Positions 28,889 to 37,607 of a stretch of 64,000 nucleotides of DNA are shown one piece after another; position 1 is the stretch's first letter, and every line of letters starts with the position of its first letter. Source of the DNA: Promethearchaeota archaeon (GTDB lineage: Archaea > Asgardarchaeota > Thorarchaeia > Thorarchaeales > Thorarchaeaceae); the NCBI GenBank assembly GCA_048939765.1, contig JBHLPF010000009.1, forward strand, positions 9,590 to 73,589. The letters run 5' to 3'. Position numbers and translations under genes: made by a program. The notes beneath the pieces are model-generated. The model was not told the origin of the DNA. It ran no database searches and worked only from the letters and a program-made list of their open reading frames with translations.

Positions 28889-29206
28889 ATGGCAGATAAA
28901 GCTGAGAATGCAAAGACCTTCGGTGCATTGCTTGCAAAGGCATGGGAACATACTCCCTCCTTCATCTGTAGCAATGAAGACTACATCTACATCATGTTTC
29001 CAGCTGATGAAACACAAGACAAGTGGGTTGAGGCTTCACTGACATTTCCTGATGGCTCTCTTGACACTCAGGAACATTCACCTAAGAAAGCACTAGCCCT
29101 TATTGTCGAGGAACTGAAAGTCTTACCACAGTATGGTGCTGACACCATTGTTTCAACCAAAGGCAAGCTGGACGAAGCCGCCGCTCGCCTTGGAGAACTA
29201 GCATAG
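28889..29206 (+). CDS. Hypothetical protein
   Basis: 105-aa ORF with GGTGA RBS. Confidence 0.7.
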   Translation: MADKAENAKTFGALLAKAWEHTPSFICSNEDYIYIMFPADETQDKWVEASLTFPDGSLDTQEHSPKKALALIVEELKVLPQYGADTIVSTKGKLDEAAARLGELA

Positions 29207-29265
29207 ATCGTTTTAGGGTCGAACACAGAATACCAATTCACCTCTGCATAGGTCGGAGCAGGACG

Positions 29266-30057
29266 ATGTCTGACGAATATATTGAGTGTCCCTCGTGCAA
29301 TTCTATCGTCCCTATCGGACGCTTCTGTAAATCCTGCGGAGAAAGCCTCATAGTTGCTCCTCCAGCAAAATCTCCGAAAGAACCATCTCCTGAACCCCCG
29401 GCACCGCTAATTCCAGAAGAAGACATGCCAACTAATCTTCCTGAATTTGCGATCACTGTCCCAGAAATGGACAAACTTGCATTTACTAGAATAATGTCCA
29501 AAGCCGAACTCAGCGTCATTCAGAAGGATCTGGACCTCCTGATTAGGCAGATACAGTCCACTAGACAGGCACTTCAATTGCAGCATTCTGACAAGGCTCT
29601 CCTGACAGCCAGGGCTGAGCAGCTCAGAGCGGCTTTTGATAAAACAAAAGCCAGACGAGAGGAGTTATCCAGCGGTACTGGGAAGCTAGTTTTGGAGAAA
29701 ATCCATGCTAGCTTCAAGGAGCACGAGGAGAAGCTTGCCAAACTAGATGCGGCGGAAGACTCGTTAGACTCCGCAATCTACAAAGAACAGCGTGAAAAGC
29801 TCATTGCGACTCTGAAGGCCTTGAAAAAGGAACTGAAGAATTCCATCAAGGTGGCAGAGAAATGGCACAAGGGCATGAAGGGGGCACGTCGTACCATAGA
29901 GAAGGACAGCAGTAGACTTGATGCCAAGTACAAAATGGGAGATATGTCTGCGAGTACGTATGATGACGCAAAAGCTAGAATCGAGAGGTCCCTCATGGTT
30001 CTTGAAGTGGCGAGAGGAATGCTGGGTGAGATCATAGAGAACGCAAAGAAGATGTGA
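29266..30057 (+). CDS. Zn-ribbon plus coiled-coil protein (CdvA-like coiled coil)
   Basis: CPSC..FCKSCG, Pro-rich linker, long coiled coil with LDAKYKMGDMS..Y. Confidence 0.65.
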   Translation: MSDEYIECPSCNSIVPIGRFCKSCGESLIVAPPAKSPKEPSPEPPAPLIPEEDMPTNLPEFAITVPEMDKLAFTRIMSKAELSVIQKDLDLLIRQIQSTRQALQLQHSDKALLTARAEQLRAAFDKTKARREELSSGTGKLVLEKIHASFKEHEEKLAKLDAAEDSLDSAIYKEQREKLIATLKALKKELKNSIKVAEKWHKGMKGARRTIEKDSSRLDAKYKMGDMSASTYDDAKARIERSLMVLEVARGMLGEIIENAKKM

Positions 30058-30089
30058 CTGACTGAACAGTTTCGAGGAGACTGAATGCA

Positions 30090-30410
30090 ATGGCTCTTAG
30101 TCTTTCAGATTGTACGGCGCAGTGCAAGAAGTTCAGGTGCGATCGCAAGCCAAGTGAACTAGAAATTCGTGGCAAAGGTGAGAAAAAGATCGTCTGGTGC
30201 ACTTGGGTGGATGATGAGTGCGATGGTCCTTGGTGTATGTACGGCGTCTGCATTGATCACAGAATGACTACTGATGGAAAATGTAAAGGCTTCAGCAAGT
30301 CCCGGGCGCCGTTACTGGGCCCGGATCAGATTGAAGACTATAGCAGTGAAATGGATGACGGTATACCAGAAAAGTTTCAGAAAGATATCAGCGGACGAAG
30401 AATGTCTTAG
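30090..30410 (+). CDS. Cys-rich hypothetical protein
   Basis: C..QCKKFRC..WCTWVDDECDGPWCMYGVC..DGKC. Confidence 0.75.
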   Translation: MALSLSDCTAQCKKFRCDRKPSELEIRGKGEKKIVWCTWVDDECDGPWCMYGVCIDHRMTTDGKCKGFSKSRAPLLGPDQIEDYSSEMDDGIPEKFQKDISGRRMS

Positions 30411-30488
30411 CAAACCACATCTGATGCGGTGCCCCGTAATGTCTATAAGCAACACGGAAACCATCGCACTCAGCGAAGGTGAATCGGA

Positions 30489-30614
30489 TTGTTTGATGAA
30501 GTTCGTCCAGAAATGAGAGCACTGATCTATCTCATGATTGGACTATCCATGCTAGGTATAGGGATTATTCTGGGTCAGGCTGCCTTCGCAATCGGCTTCC
30601 TGGGGCCACCTTGA
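30489..30614 (+). CDS. Small single-TM membrane protein (41 aa; not in ORF track)
   Basis: TTG start after AGGTGA RBS, TATAAG upstream; MFDEVRPEMRALIYLMIGLSMLGIGIILGQAAFAIGFLGPP. Confidence 0.6.
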   Translation: MFDEVRPEMRALIYLMIGLSMLGIGIILGQAAFAIGFLGPP

Positions 30615-30642
30615 TTCGTCGATTTTGCATGAGTGATTCCTC

Positions 30643-31644
30643 TTGACAGAGCTTGAGGATATCATACAAATCTTGAATGAATTCGAGGGTATCTCTCGCA
30701 AGTATGTCCTGCCCGCCATAATAGGGAAACTCAGATCTGCATCGTTCAATGGAACACAAGAGCATGGACTTGGTGAGGACTCTGCTGCGATTAGTACCAG
30801 CAGCGATGATGTCGTTCTTCTAACCACAGATGCAATTGTAGAGGAGTTATGTCTGCACCACCCCCATGCGGCGGGCTTTAATGCAGTCTTGGCAACTGTG
30901 ATGGACATCTATGCGGCTGGAGGTACTCCAACATCCTTTGCAGTTGCTCTTTCGTACTCGGATGATAAGATAGGCGAGCAGCTACTAGAGGGCTTAATTG
31001 ATGGCTCTCAGTCATTTAGAGTTCCCATCGTACGAGGGCACACGAGTCCACAATCACGTCTGACTTATGTTGTTGGATCTGCCACTGGAACTGTTCGCAA
31101 GGAGCATCTTCTGACCGCAGGAGGAGCGGAATCCGGGGATGCTCTAGTCCTCCTCTTTGATAAGGTTGGGCAAAGAGGAGCAAGCTACAGACTTGGTTGG
31201 GACTCGGTGACTGGACACAGTTCCGAGTATGTCGTGAAGAGATTAACAGTGATGAACGAGCTGGCAGGCGAAAACCTGCTAAATGCCTCAAAAGACATAT
31301 CCGTCGCTGGACTAGTAGGTACTGCAGGAATGATGCTAGAGTACTCAGGAAAGGGCGGCATCATTGATATTGATGCTGTAGATATGACACGCCCTCAAAG
31401 CATAGGACTGACTGACTGGATTCGTATGTACATATCGCTAGGGTTTCTAGTAGCTGCGTCAGAATCGAATCTGAAACGTATCGTGAAGATTGCAGAAGCA
31501 CACGATATGACGGCTACCAAGATTGGAAGTGTTGACGATAGCACATCGCTTCGGTTGCGACTCGCCTCTGAAGTGCGAATTATGTTTGACTATTCCAAGG
31601 GTCCCCTGTTGATTCCAAAGGTCGGCACCAATGATATCTCCTAG
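30643..31644 (+). CDS. AIR synthase/PurM-like (selenophosphate synthetase-related) protein
   Basis: GEDSAAI, DIYAAGG.P, IVRGHT, A..GD, KDIS.AG..GT. Confidence 0.85.
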   Translation: MTELEDIIQILNEFEGISRKYVLPAIIGKLRSASFNGTQEHGLGEDSAAISTSSDDVVLLTTDAIVEELCLHHPHAAGFNAVLATVMDIYAAGGTPTSFAVALSYSDDKIGEQLLEGLIDGSQSFRVPIVRGHTSPQSRLTYVVGSATGTVRKEHLLTAGGAESGDALVLLFDKVGQRGASYRLGWDSVTGHSSEYVVKRLTVMNELAGENLLNASKDISVAGLVGTAGMMLEYSGKGGIIDIDAVDMTRPQSIGLTDWIRMYISLGFLVAASESNLKRIVKIAEAHDMTATKIGSVDDSTSLRLRLASEVRIMFDYSKGPLLIPKVGTNDIS

Positions 31645-31687
31645 TCCGTCATAGTTATAATGCATACTTGTCCGACTTGCGGATGAA

Positions 31688-31915
31688 GTGAGGAACTTGT
31701 CGACAACAAAGAAGACCTGCAGTATTGCAGGCTGCAATAAACCCTACAAGAGGTCCTTTGCCACAGTACGGATAACCGAGAGTATAGCCAAGTCCGGTCT
31801 GAGGGTGAAGGATGCTCGGTCGCGCAAGACTTACCTCTGCTCAGATCATTGGAAGCAGGTAAAGAAAGCCTTCAAGAAGGATACAAAACCTGAGCGGATG
31901 CGATGGGGTCACTAA
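31688..31915 (+). CDS. Small basic Zn-binding hypothetical protein
   Basis: CSIAGC..YLCSDHW. Confidence 0.7.
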   Translation: MRNLSTTKKTCSIAGCNKPYKRSFATVRITESIAKSGLRVKDARSRKTYLCSDHWKQVKKAFKKDTKPERMRWGH

Positions 31916-31965
31916 CAATTGTCTTATCAGCATGTGCTCACTAATATTCGCAAGGTATCAAAGAA

Positions 31966-32325
31966 ATGAGCGCCGAAGAGGATGCTTTCTCAAGACTAAG
32001 TCCCAGCTGGAAGTTGTGGCTTGAGTACAAGGGTGAATATGTATTTGGTCCGGGAGCCTATGCTATTCTGAAGAGCATTCAGGAGAAGGGAACCATAACC
32101 GCCGGAGCGAAGGCCCTAGGTATGTCATATCGCTATGCATGGGGTGTAGTGAGAAAGATTGAGCAGACACTTGGAGTGAAGCTCTTGGAAACCTTCAAAG
32201 GAGGTACTGAGGGCGGCGGAGGCGCAAGAATAACTGATTTTGGGACCAAGCTAATGGCGCTTTTTGCAAGTGTTCAAGAGAGTTTTGAGCAAGTGAGTAG
32301 TGAAGAAGACCGTCGTCGTTCATGA
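31966..32325 (+). CDS. ModE-family winged-helix regulator (DNA-binding domain only)
   Basis: FGPG..L..I.E.G.I..GAK.LGMSYRYAW..GG..GGGA.IT.FG. Confidence 0.9.
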   Translation: MSAEEDAFSRLSPSWKLWLEYKGEYVFGPGAYAILKSIQEKGTITAGAKALGMSYRYAWGVVRKIEQTLGVKLLETFKGGTEGGGGARITDFGTKLMALFASVQESFEQVSSEEDRRRS

Positions 32326-33381
32326 GAATCTAAGGACAATAGCCTTGTTTGGACAGTGGCTTTTGCAATCCAGGCACAATATACAGTCCGCTGAGTGCAT
32401 ATGCTGGTACGGGAACCTACGTATTCTGATGTTCATTGGGCATACTACTTCACAGACGTTGCATGTGTCAGGAGTACATCGTGCTGGATTCCTTCCGATA
32501 CTGAACAATGCCGCCCTTGAGAATACACCGTAGAGCCAACCAGCGGGACAAATCCATCTACAGAACCACCTCGGTACCCAGAAGCTGACAATGACGACTA
32601 AGGCGACAAATGCAAACTGGACCAAGAACCATCCCCATTGTGTCACATACCAGAGTGTTTCAAGACTTGTTGGCCAGCTCTGATGCGTGAACTCTATGAA
32701 AATTATGTATGCTGGATTCACTGGATTAAACGCATCACTTGCAAAGACGCCTAGAATATCCACCAATGCCTCTTCATTCCCAAGAACCGTGCTGATTCCA
32801 ACCCAAGCAGCCAAGAAACCTACGATGACAAAGATGTACATCTTTATTCGACGGAGTTCTCTCTCAGTTCCGGGTGCTGGACGCACTTTGTTTCTATTTG
32901 GTAAAGATGCAAAGTCCTGAATGGTCCCTATAGGGCAGATCCATCCACATGCAGATCGTCCTAGAACGGTCAATACGATTATCATTGCACCAAGCGTGAA
33001 GAATGGGAAGAATCCGGTAGTCAATTCCAGCTGGAGTGTGTCAAAGCTACCTGCTAGAACAGAAAATGCGCCTTCTAATGGAGAAAGAATCGGAATAGCG
33101 GGCAAAATGTCACGAAAACCTTGCCAGAAGGCTATGACTTGGTCTCCACCAAACCATGCCGCAAAAAGGTAGACGTTGATTCCTATGAAGAATAGAATCT
33201 GTACAACTCTTCTCAGCATTCTCGTGTTAAGAATAAGACCCAGAGGATTCTTCAGACTGACTCTTGGAAGCCTATCGATCTCATGTTGTTCTTCAGTTGT
33301 TTCCTCCTCAGCAATCTCATCCAGCTCGATCTGCTCATCGTCGTCAGGCATGTCATCAGTCCTTTCGGAATCCTCCGCCAT
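32320..33381 (-). CDS. Membrane 4Fe-4S protein (NapH/MauN-like)
   Basis: GRSACGWICPIG, RWFCRWICPAG, C..C..VCPM, CILCLDCKSHCP; TM helices. Confidence 0.88.
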   Translation of the reverse strand: MAEDSERTDDMPDDDEQIELDEIAEEETTEEQHEIDRLPRVSLKNPLGLILNTRMLRRVVQILFFIGINVYLFAAWFGGDQVIAFWQGFRDILPAIPILSPLEGAFSVLAGSFDTLQLELTTGFFPFFTLGAMIIVLTVLGRSACGWICPIGTIQDFASLPNRNKVRPAPGTERELRRIKMYIFVIVGFLAAWVGISTVLGNEEALVDILGVFASDAFNPVNPAYIIFIEFTHQSWPTSLETLWYVTQWGWFLVQFAFVALVVIVSFWVPRWFCRWICPAGWLYGVFSRAALFSIGRNPARCTPDTCNVCEVVCPMNIRIRRFPYQHMHSADCILCLDCKSHCPNKAIVLRFS

Positions 33382-33467
33382 TAGATTCAGACCTCTTCTA
33401 GGGCGTATCGACGGCGAAGACTTGAGCTAGCATTAAAAAGCTTGTGTTGAAAGATGAGTTCCTTTCG

Positions 33468-33878
33468 CTATATCGCTGGTATGAATGATATGTGTATATC
33501 GCTCGCAATCAACTGAATCACTAGAGAATATGCGCCTGCTTCCGAGGGCGGTTGCAGCACAATTGAGTGTCCATATGTTTCGCCCCAATACTGAGAGGGG
33601 ACTCCGAGTTTCTCAAACGCAACAGTGAGATTTCCGCCGCTGGATGTGACTGACACACCATCTGGTACATTGATCTCAAACGACGTACTGTTCACAGTCC
33701 CGTTGTCCACCCTTTCTATCAGATTGTGCAGCCTTTCAGCGAAGTGTTCTGCCATCTCCAACTGTGACGCATTGCCAAGCGTATCTATAGTATATAGAAG
33801 AACCGGGACTCCAATAATGACCGCCGTGCTCAACCCAATGGCGATGAGAATCATTTTCTCGAGAGACCTTGATACCAT
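33468..33878 (-). CDS. Hypothetical N-terminally anchored, pilin-like protein
   Basis: SLEKMILIAIGL hydrophobic N-terminus followed by a beta-rich domain. Confidence 0.55.
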   Translation of the reverse strand: MVSRSLEKMILIAIGLSTAVIIGVPVLLYTIDTLGNASQLEMAEHFAERLHNLIERVDNGTVNSTSFEINVPDGVSVTSSGGNLTVAFEKLGVPSQYWGETYGHSIVLQPPSEAGAYSLVIQLIASDIHISFIPAI

Positions 33879-33980
33879 GTTTCTTTGTTCAGCAATCTAC
33901 CCAATAAACGGCCCGCTCGATTGTGAGTGTCACCGAAGGCTTTAAGCTGTTATGAACATCATGAACGTGGCTGCCATACT

Positions 33981-35384
33981 ATGAAGAAAATGGTTCCAAT
34001 CCACATTGGGCTTGTAGGTCATATAGATCATGGAAAGACCGAGCTCGCACGGGCACTCAGTGAGAAGGTGTCAACAGCTGGTCTTGACAAGCATCCACAA
34101 GCCAAAGAGAGGGGCATCACAATAGACCTCGGGTTCACTATGTTCACCTTAGGTGATTTCCTAGTTACACTTGTTGACGCGCCAGGGCATGCTGATCTCA
34201 TTAGAAGTGTTGTAGCTAGTGCGGCCATTATCGATGCCGCCATTTTGGTGGTTGCTGCTGACGAAGGCGCACAGATACAGACTGGAGAGCATATTGTTGT
34301 GCTCAAGTCGATGGGAATTGAGAATATACTTGTAGCAATCACAAAGACTGACACAGTTGATGCAATTCGGTTAGATGCTGTGGTACGGCAGATGAAGGAC
34401 ATCATCGCGGGTGCTCAAATCTCTAATGTCGACTATGTAACGGTTTCCTCGAAAACTGGTGAAGGTTTGGACAAGCTAAGGGACATTCTACTCAACAGGC
34501 TTGAACCCCAGAAGCGACAAAAGGATGGGCCCTTTCTGATGCCTATCGACCACGCATTCACTGTGAAGGGCCATGGCACAGTAGTCACAGGTACAGTACT
34601 ACGTGGTACTCTGAGCGCCGGTGAAACAGTCCAGCTATCACCCCAGGGCAATTCCTCACGAGTCAGGTCTATACAGACATTTGGTGAAGAGAGGACCGAA
34701 GCCAGCGCGGGAGATCGCGTGGGGCTGAATGTTCCAGACATTGACCATAGGGTAGTTAAACGCGGCAATTATCTTGCGAAACCTAGCACAATGCATCATT
34801 CTAGGCATATCATTGTGAGCTTGGGGAGAAATGGACTCTACAAGGGTAGGGTCTCAAAGGGGTTGATCCTAAGTGCTACCGTGGGCATGCCAACAGTGAC
34901 AGCCGAGCTGATTCCGCTTCTAGGTGACACCAATATGATGCTGGAGGAGACAACTGAGTTGTCATTCAAGGCAGCCCTCGTGTTTCAGGAGGACATTCCA
35001 GTAGAGATTGGGACTCGAGTTCTCTTGATGCGCACGGATCTGCCTCCCACGCATATGCGCATCATGGGTTCTGGCGAGGTGATCGAGATTCCTGAGAATC
35101 TTGTTCTGAAGCGGAGCATTCGTAGAACTGGTCATGTGAGCAGGATTCGCGAAGACGATGTTCTAGTGGAGGGACTGGCATCAAGCAAAGAGATTGCAGA
35201 GTCATTATCTGGTTTACATGTACAAACACCAAGAGGAATCAAGGGAACCCTTAAGCAGCCTTTTGGAACACGAGGTGTTGTATCAGTCAAGTTTGAGAGT
35301 CCCGTTGAGGACTCAGAAGAGGTAATCTATGAACGATTCGTTGAGGAGGAGATGGCCTTTGGATATAGACGAAAAGTTGGCTGA
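33981..35384 (+). CDS. selB: Selenocysteine-specific elongation factor (archaeal SelB/eEFSec)
   Basis: GHIDHGKT, STAGLDKHPQ.KERGITIDLGF, VDAPGHA.LIR, QTGEH, DHAF.VKG.GTV.TGT; adjacent to SepSecS. Confidence 0.96.
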   Translation: MKKMVPIHIGLVGHIDHGKTELARALSEKVSTAGLDKHPQAKERGITIDLGFTMFTLGDFLVTLVDAPGHADLIRSVVASAAIIDAAILVVAADEGAQIQTGEHIVVLKSMGIENILVAITKTDTVDAIRLDAVVRQMKDIIAGAQISNVDYVTVSSKTGEGLDKLRDILLNRLEPQKRQKDGPFLMPIDHAFTVKGHGTVVTGTVLRGTLSAGETVQLSPQGNSSRVRSIQTFGEERTEASAGDRVGLNVPDIDHRVVKRGNYLAKPSTMHHSRHIIVSLGRNGLYKGRVSKGLILSATVGMPTVTAELIPLLGDTNMMLEETTELSFKAALVFQEDIPVEIGTRVLLMRTDLPPTHMRIMGSGEVIEIPENLVLKRSIRRTGHVSRIREDDVLVEGLASSKEIAESLSGLHVQTPRGIKGTLKQPFGTRGVVSVKFESPVEDSEEVIYERFVEEEMAFGYRRKVG

Positions 35385-36669
35385 GCTCATTCCAAAAAGA
35401 ATGGCCGAGCGAGGTCGCATCACTATGGACTCGCTTCTTGCTCCAATCAAAGACATTTTGAACAGACGACGGTTTCCTGAGAAATCTCTAGCAGATGACC
35501 AAATCGAGCTGATGTTTCGTCTATTATCTTCCATGGATACAGACAAAGACCCTGCCGCAGCACGAGTAGGGGAACGAGAGGCGCGAGTAGCATCACCATA
35601 TATTTCGCGGCTTGCAGCTGGATTCAATCATGGCATTGGACGTGGTGGCCGCGTCACAGCACCACAGCCCAAGGCTCCTGGTGCCTCCTTAATGCAGCAG
35701 CTTGCAAACACAGTGGCCCTTGATGCGATGAAGAGCCTTGGCCTTCCAAATGTGAGAGCTGGAATTGTGCTGCCTTTAGCCACCGGCATGACCATTGGTC
35801 TCGTCTTGAGCGCTCTTAGAAGCGAATACTCCTTTGATACAGTATTGCATCCCCGGTTAGACCATTCGTCACCAATAAAAGGCGTTGCTTTGACTGGCCT
35901 TGACATGGTGACCACCCCAACTGTCTTGGAGGGAGATGCAGTACGTGCTGACTTGACCAAGCTAGAAGAAGAGGTATCAAAGAGGAAATCGTGTGCAATT
36001 CTTGCGACTACGACATTCTTTCCACCGAGGGAGTCAGATCCAGTGAAGGATCTATCTCGACTCTGTAGCGATGAAGACATTCCACTTGTCATCAACAATG
36101 CATATGGGGTTCAGTCCGAGGCAGTCATGGCTCGTCTGCAATCCGCCATTGATGCTGGACGAGTAGATGCAATAGTACAGAGTAGCGACAAGAACTTCCT
36201 GTCGCCGGTCGGTGCATCAATCCTAGTATCACCGAGGGAGGAAACGGTAGAGAAAGCTGCTGAGAGCTACGCAGGTAGGGCTTCTGCAGCTCCTGTGGCT
36301 CAGACATTGGCAGCTCTTCTTGCACTTGGTCTTGAGAGATACCGGACTCTGAGAGAGGAGCAGCTTAAGAACAAGCACCTTCTTGATGCAAAGCTAGCCG
36401 AGATTGCTGGGTCCATTGGCCAACGTGTCCTCTCAGTTGAGAATCCAGTCGCTTCAGCAATGACACTGGACGGTCTGGACGCCAAAGATCTTGGTGGCAG
36501 GCTCTATAATCTCCGAGTTACTGGCCCTAGGGCTATTCCTAAAGGTGCATTCGGATCATGTATAGACAACTATCCACACAGTTATCTTGTCATGAATGCA
36601 GCCATAGGATCTTCTAGGAGTGACATAGAGAATGCTACTACGAAACTCTTTAAGGAGGTCAGTGGCTAG
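35359..36669 (+). CDS. spcS: O-phosphoseryl-tRNA(Sec) selenium transferase (SepSecS)
   Basis: SMDTD, VGEREAR, HGIGR.G..QPKA.G, NNAYG, VQSSDKNF.SPVG, YAGRAS; TTG start after GAGGAGG. Confidence 0.96.
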   Translation: MDIDEKLAELIPKRMAERGRITMDSLLAPIKDILNRRRFPEKSLADDQIELMFRLLSSMDTDKDPAAARVGEREARVASPYISRLAAGFNHGIGRGGRVTAPQPKAPGASLMQQLANTVALDAMKSLGLPNVRAGIVLPLATGMTIGLVLSALRSEYSFDTVLHPRLDHSSPIKGVALTGLDMVTTPTVLEGDAVRADLTKLEEEVSKRKSCAILATTTFFPPRESDPVKDLSRLCSDEDIPLVINNAYGVQSEAVMARLQSAIDAGRVDAIVQSSDKNFLSPVGASILVSPREETVEKAAESYAGRASAAPVAQTLAALLALGLERYRTLREEQLKNKHLLDAKLAEIAGSIGQRVLSVENPVASAMTLDGLDAKDLGGRLYNLRVTGPRAIPKGAFGSCIDNYPHSYLVMNAAIGSSRSDIENATTKLFKEVSG

Positions 36670-36698
36670 CTCATAGCTGGCCTGAGGGAGGGCTAGCC

Positions 36699-37343
36699 TT
36701 GGAAGAAATCGGCGACAAGATCGAGATTAGCAAGACCATCAGCTACGATATGCCAGATTCATCAGTTGTGTTTCGACTTGCTTGGTATGTAGTTGCATCG
36801 AAGCCTGGCGTTCTCCTGAACGAATACAGCGAGGCTGAAAGCCAGATATACAAGGGAAAGGCCATCTTCTCATCGAAAGAAGCCAATGCCGACGTGCGCA
36901 TCTGGGTTGAAGAAGCACAGAGATCGGTGGAGATAACTGGTTGGGGTACTGAACAAGACCAGCTTGAAGAGTATCTCAATGAAGTTGCTGCATCAGTGGA
37001 GTCCTCAGTGGGCAAGTATCAGTCTCTCTCAGATGAAGAGAAAGGGAAGCTTCGGCGTGCTCTTGTTGCAAAGACATGTTGGGACAAGATTGTTTTCGAG
37101 ATTCTCAATAAGGCTCCTGCCGGTACTGTCTATTTCCAGCTGGCTCACGGTCGGGAGATGATAATCAAGGCTACTGAGGGTGAGGACATACATGCCCTGC
37201 CTTTGACTACGTCGGGTTGGCTTACCAGAATCGAGGGTATGCCTAGGGATGAGGCGCTGCCGAGTAGTATAGCCATGGAACTGGCTAAGAAGAGTGTAGA
37301 GTGGAAGAAGGAAACGCAGGACATCATTGCTCGCTACATTTGA
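36699..37343 (+). CDS. Hypothetical protein inside the Sec locus
   Basis: 214-aa ORF, TTG start with GGGAGG RBS. Confidence 0.75.
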   Translation: MEEIGDKIEISKTISYDMPDSSVVFRLAWYVVASKPGVLLNEYSEAESQIYKGKAIFSSKEANADVRIWVEEAQRSVEITGWGTEQDQLEEYLNEVAASVESSVGKYQSLSDEEKGKLRRALVAKTCWDKIVFEILNKAPAGTVYFQLAHGREMIIKATEGEDIHALPLTTSGWLTRIEGMPRDEALPSSIAMELAKKSVEWKKETQDIIARYI

Positions 37344-37391
37344 ATGTCTAACCTCTAAGCTTAAGTCCAAGGCGCCTTCTGAGAAAGACGT

Positions 37392-37482
37392 GGCCTCCTA
37401 CAGGGTCGGTGGTCCGGCTCCATGGGCTTCAAACCCATGATCGTGCAAGCGATGAGAGTTCGATTCTCTTTGGAGGCCGCCA
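37392..37482 (+). tRNA. selC: tRNA-Sec (anticodon UCA)
   Basis: 9-bp acceptor GGCCTCCTA/TTGGAGGCC; 7-bp D-stem GGGTCGG/CCGGCTC; 6-bp anticodon stem CATGGG/CCCATG with loop CTTCAAA (TCA 37429-37431); variable arm ATCGT-GCAA-GCGAT; 4-bp T-stem with TTCGATT; G discriminator plus CCA. Confidence 0.97.
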
Positions 37483-37607
37483 AATCATAGTCGCTTTCTT
37501 GCCTCTCTTTTCTGATTACCGAGTAGGTGATTGGACCAAAACAATATCGCAAGGAGGTCTGCTTCTCCTCCTCGATGAAGAAGGTGTCTTCGTCAGAGAT
37601 CATTGGC

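Noticed and set aside
30612-30636. In-frame UGAs after the microprotein and just upstream of the PurM-like gene as possible Sec codons
   Set aside because: No redox motif context; the UGA in frame with the PurM-like gene is part of a GAGTGA RBS
37540-37607. ATGA-containing hairpin after the PSTK UGA stop as a SECIS
   Set aside because: Imperfect core, and PSTK is already full length
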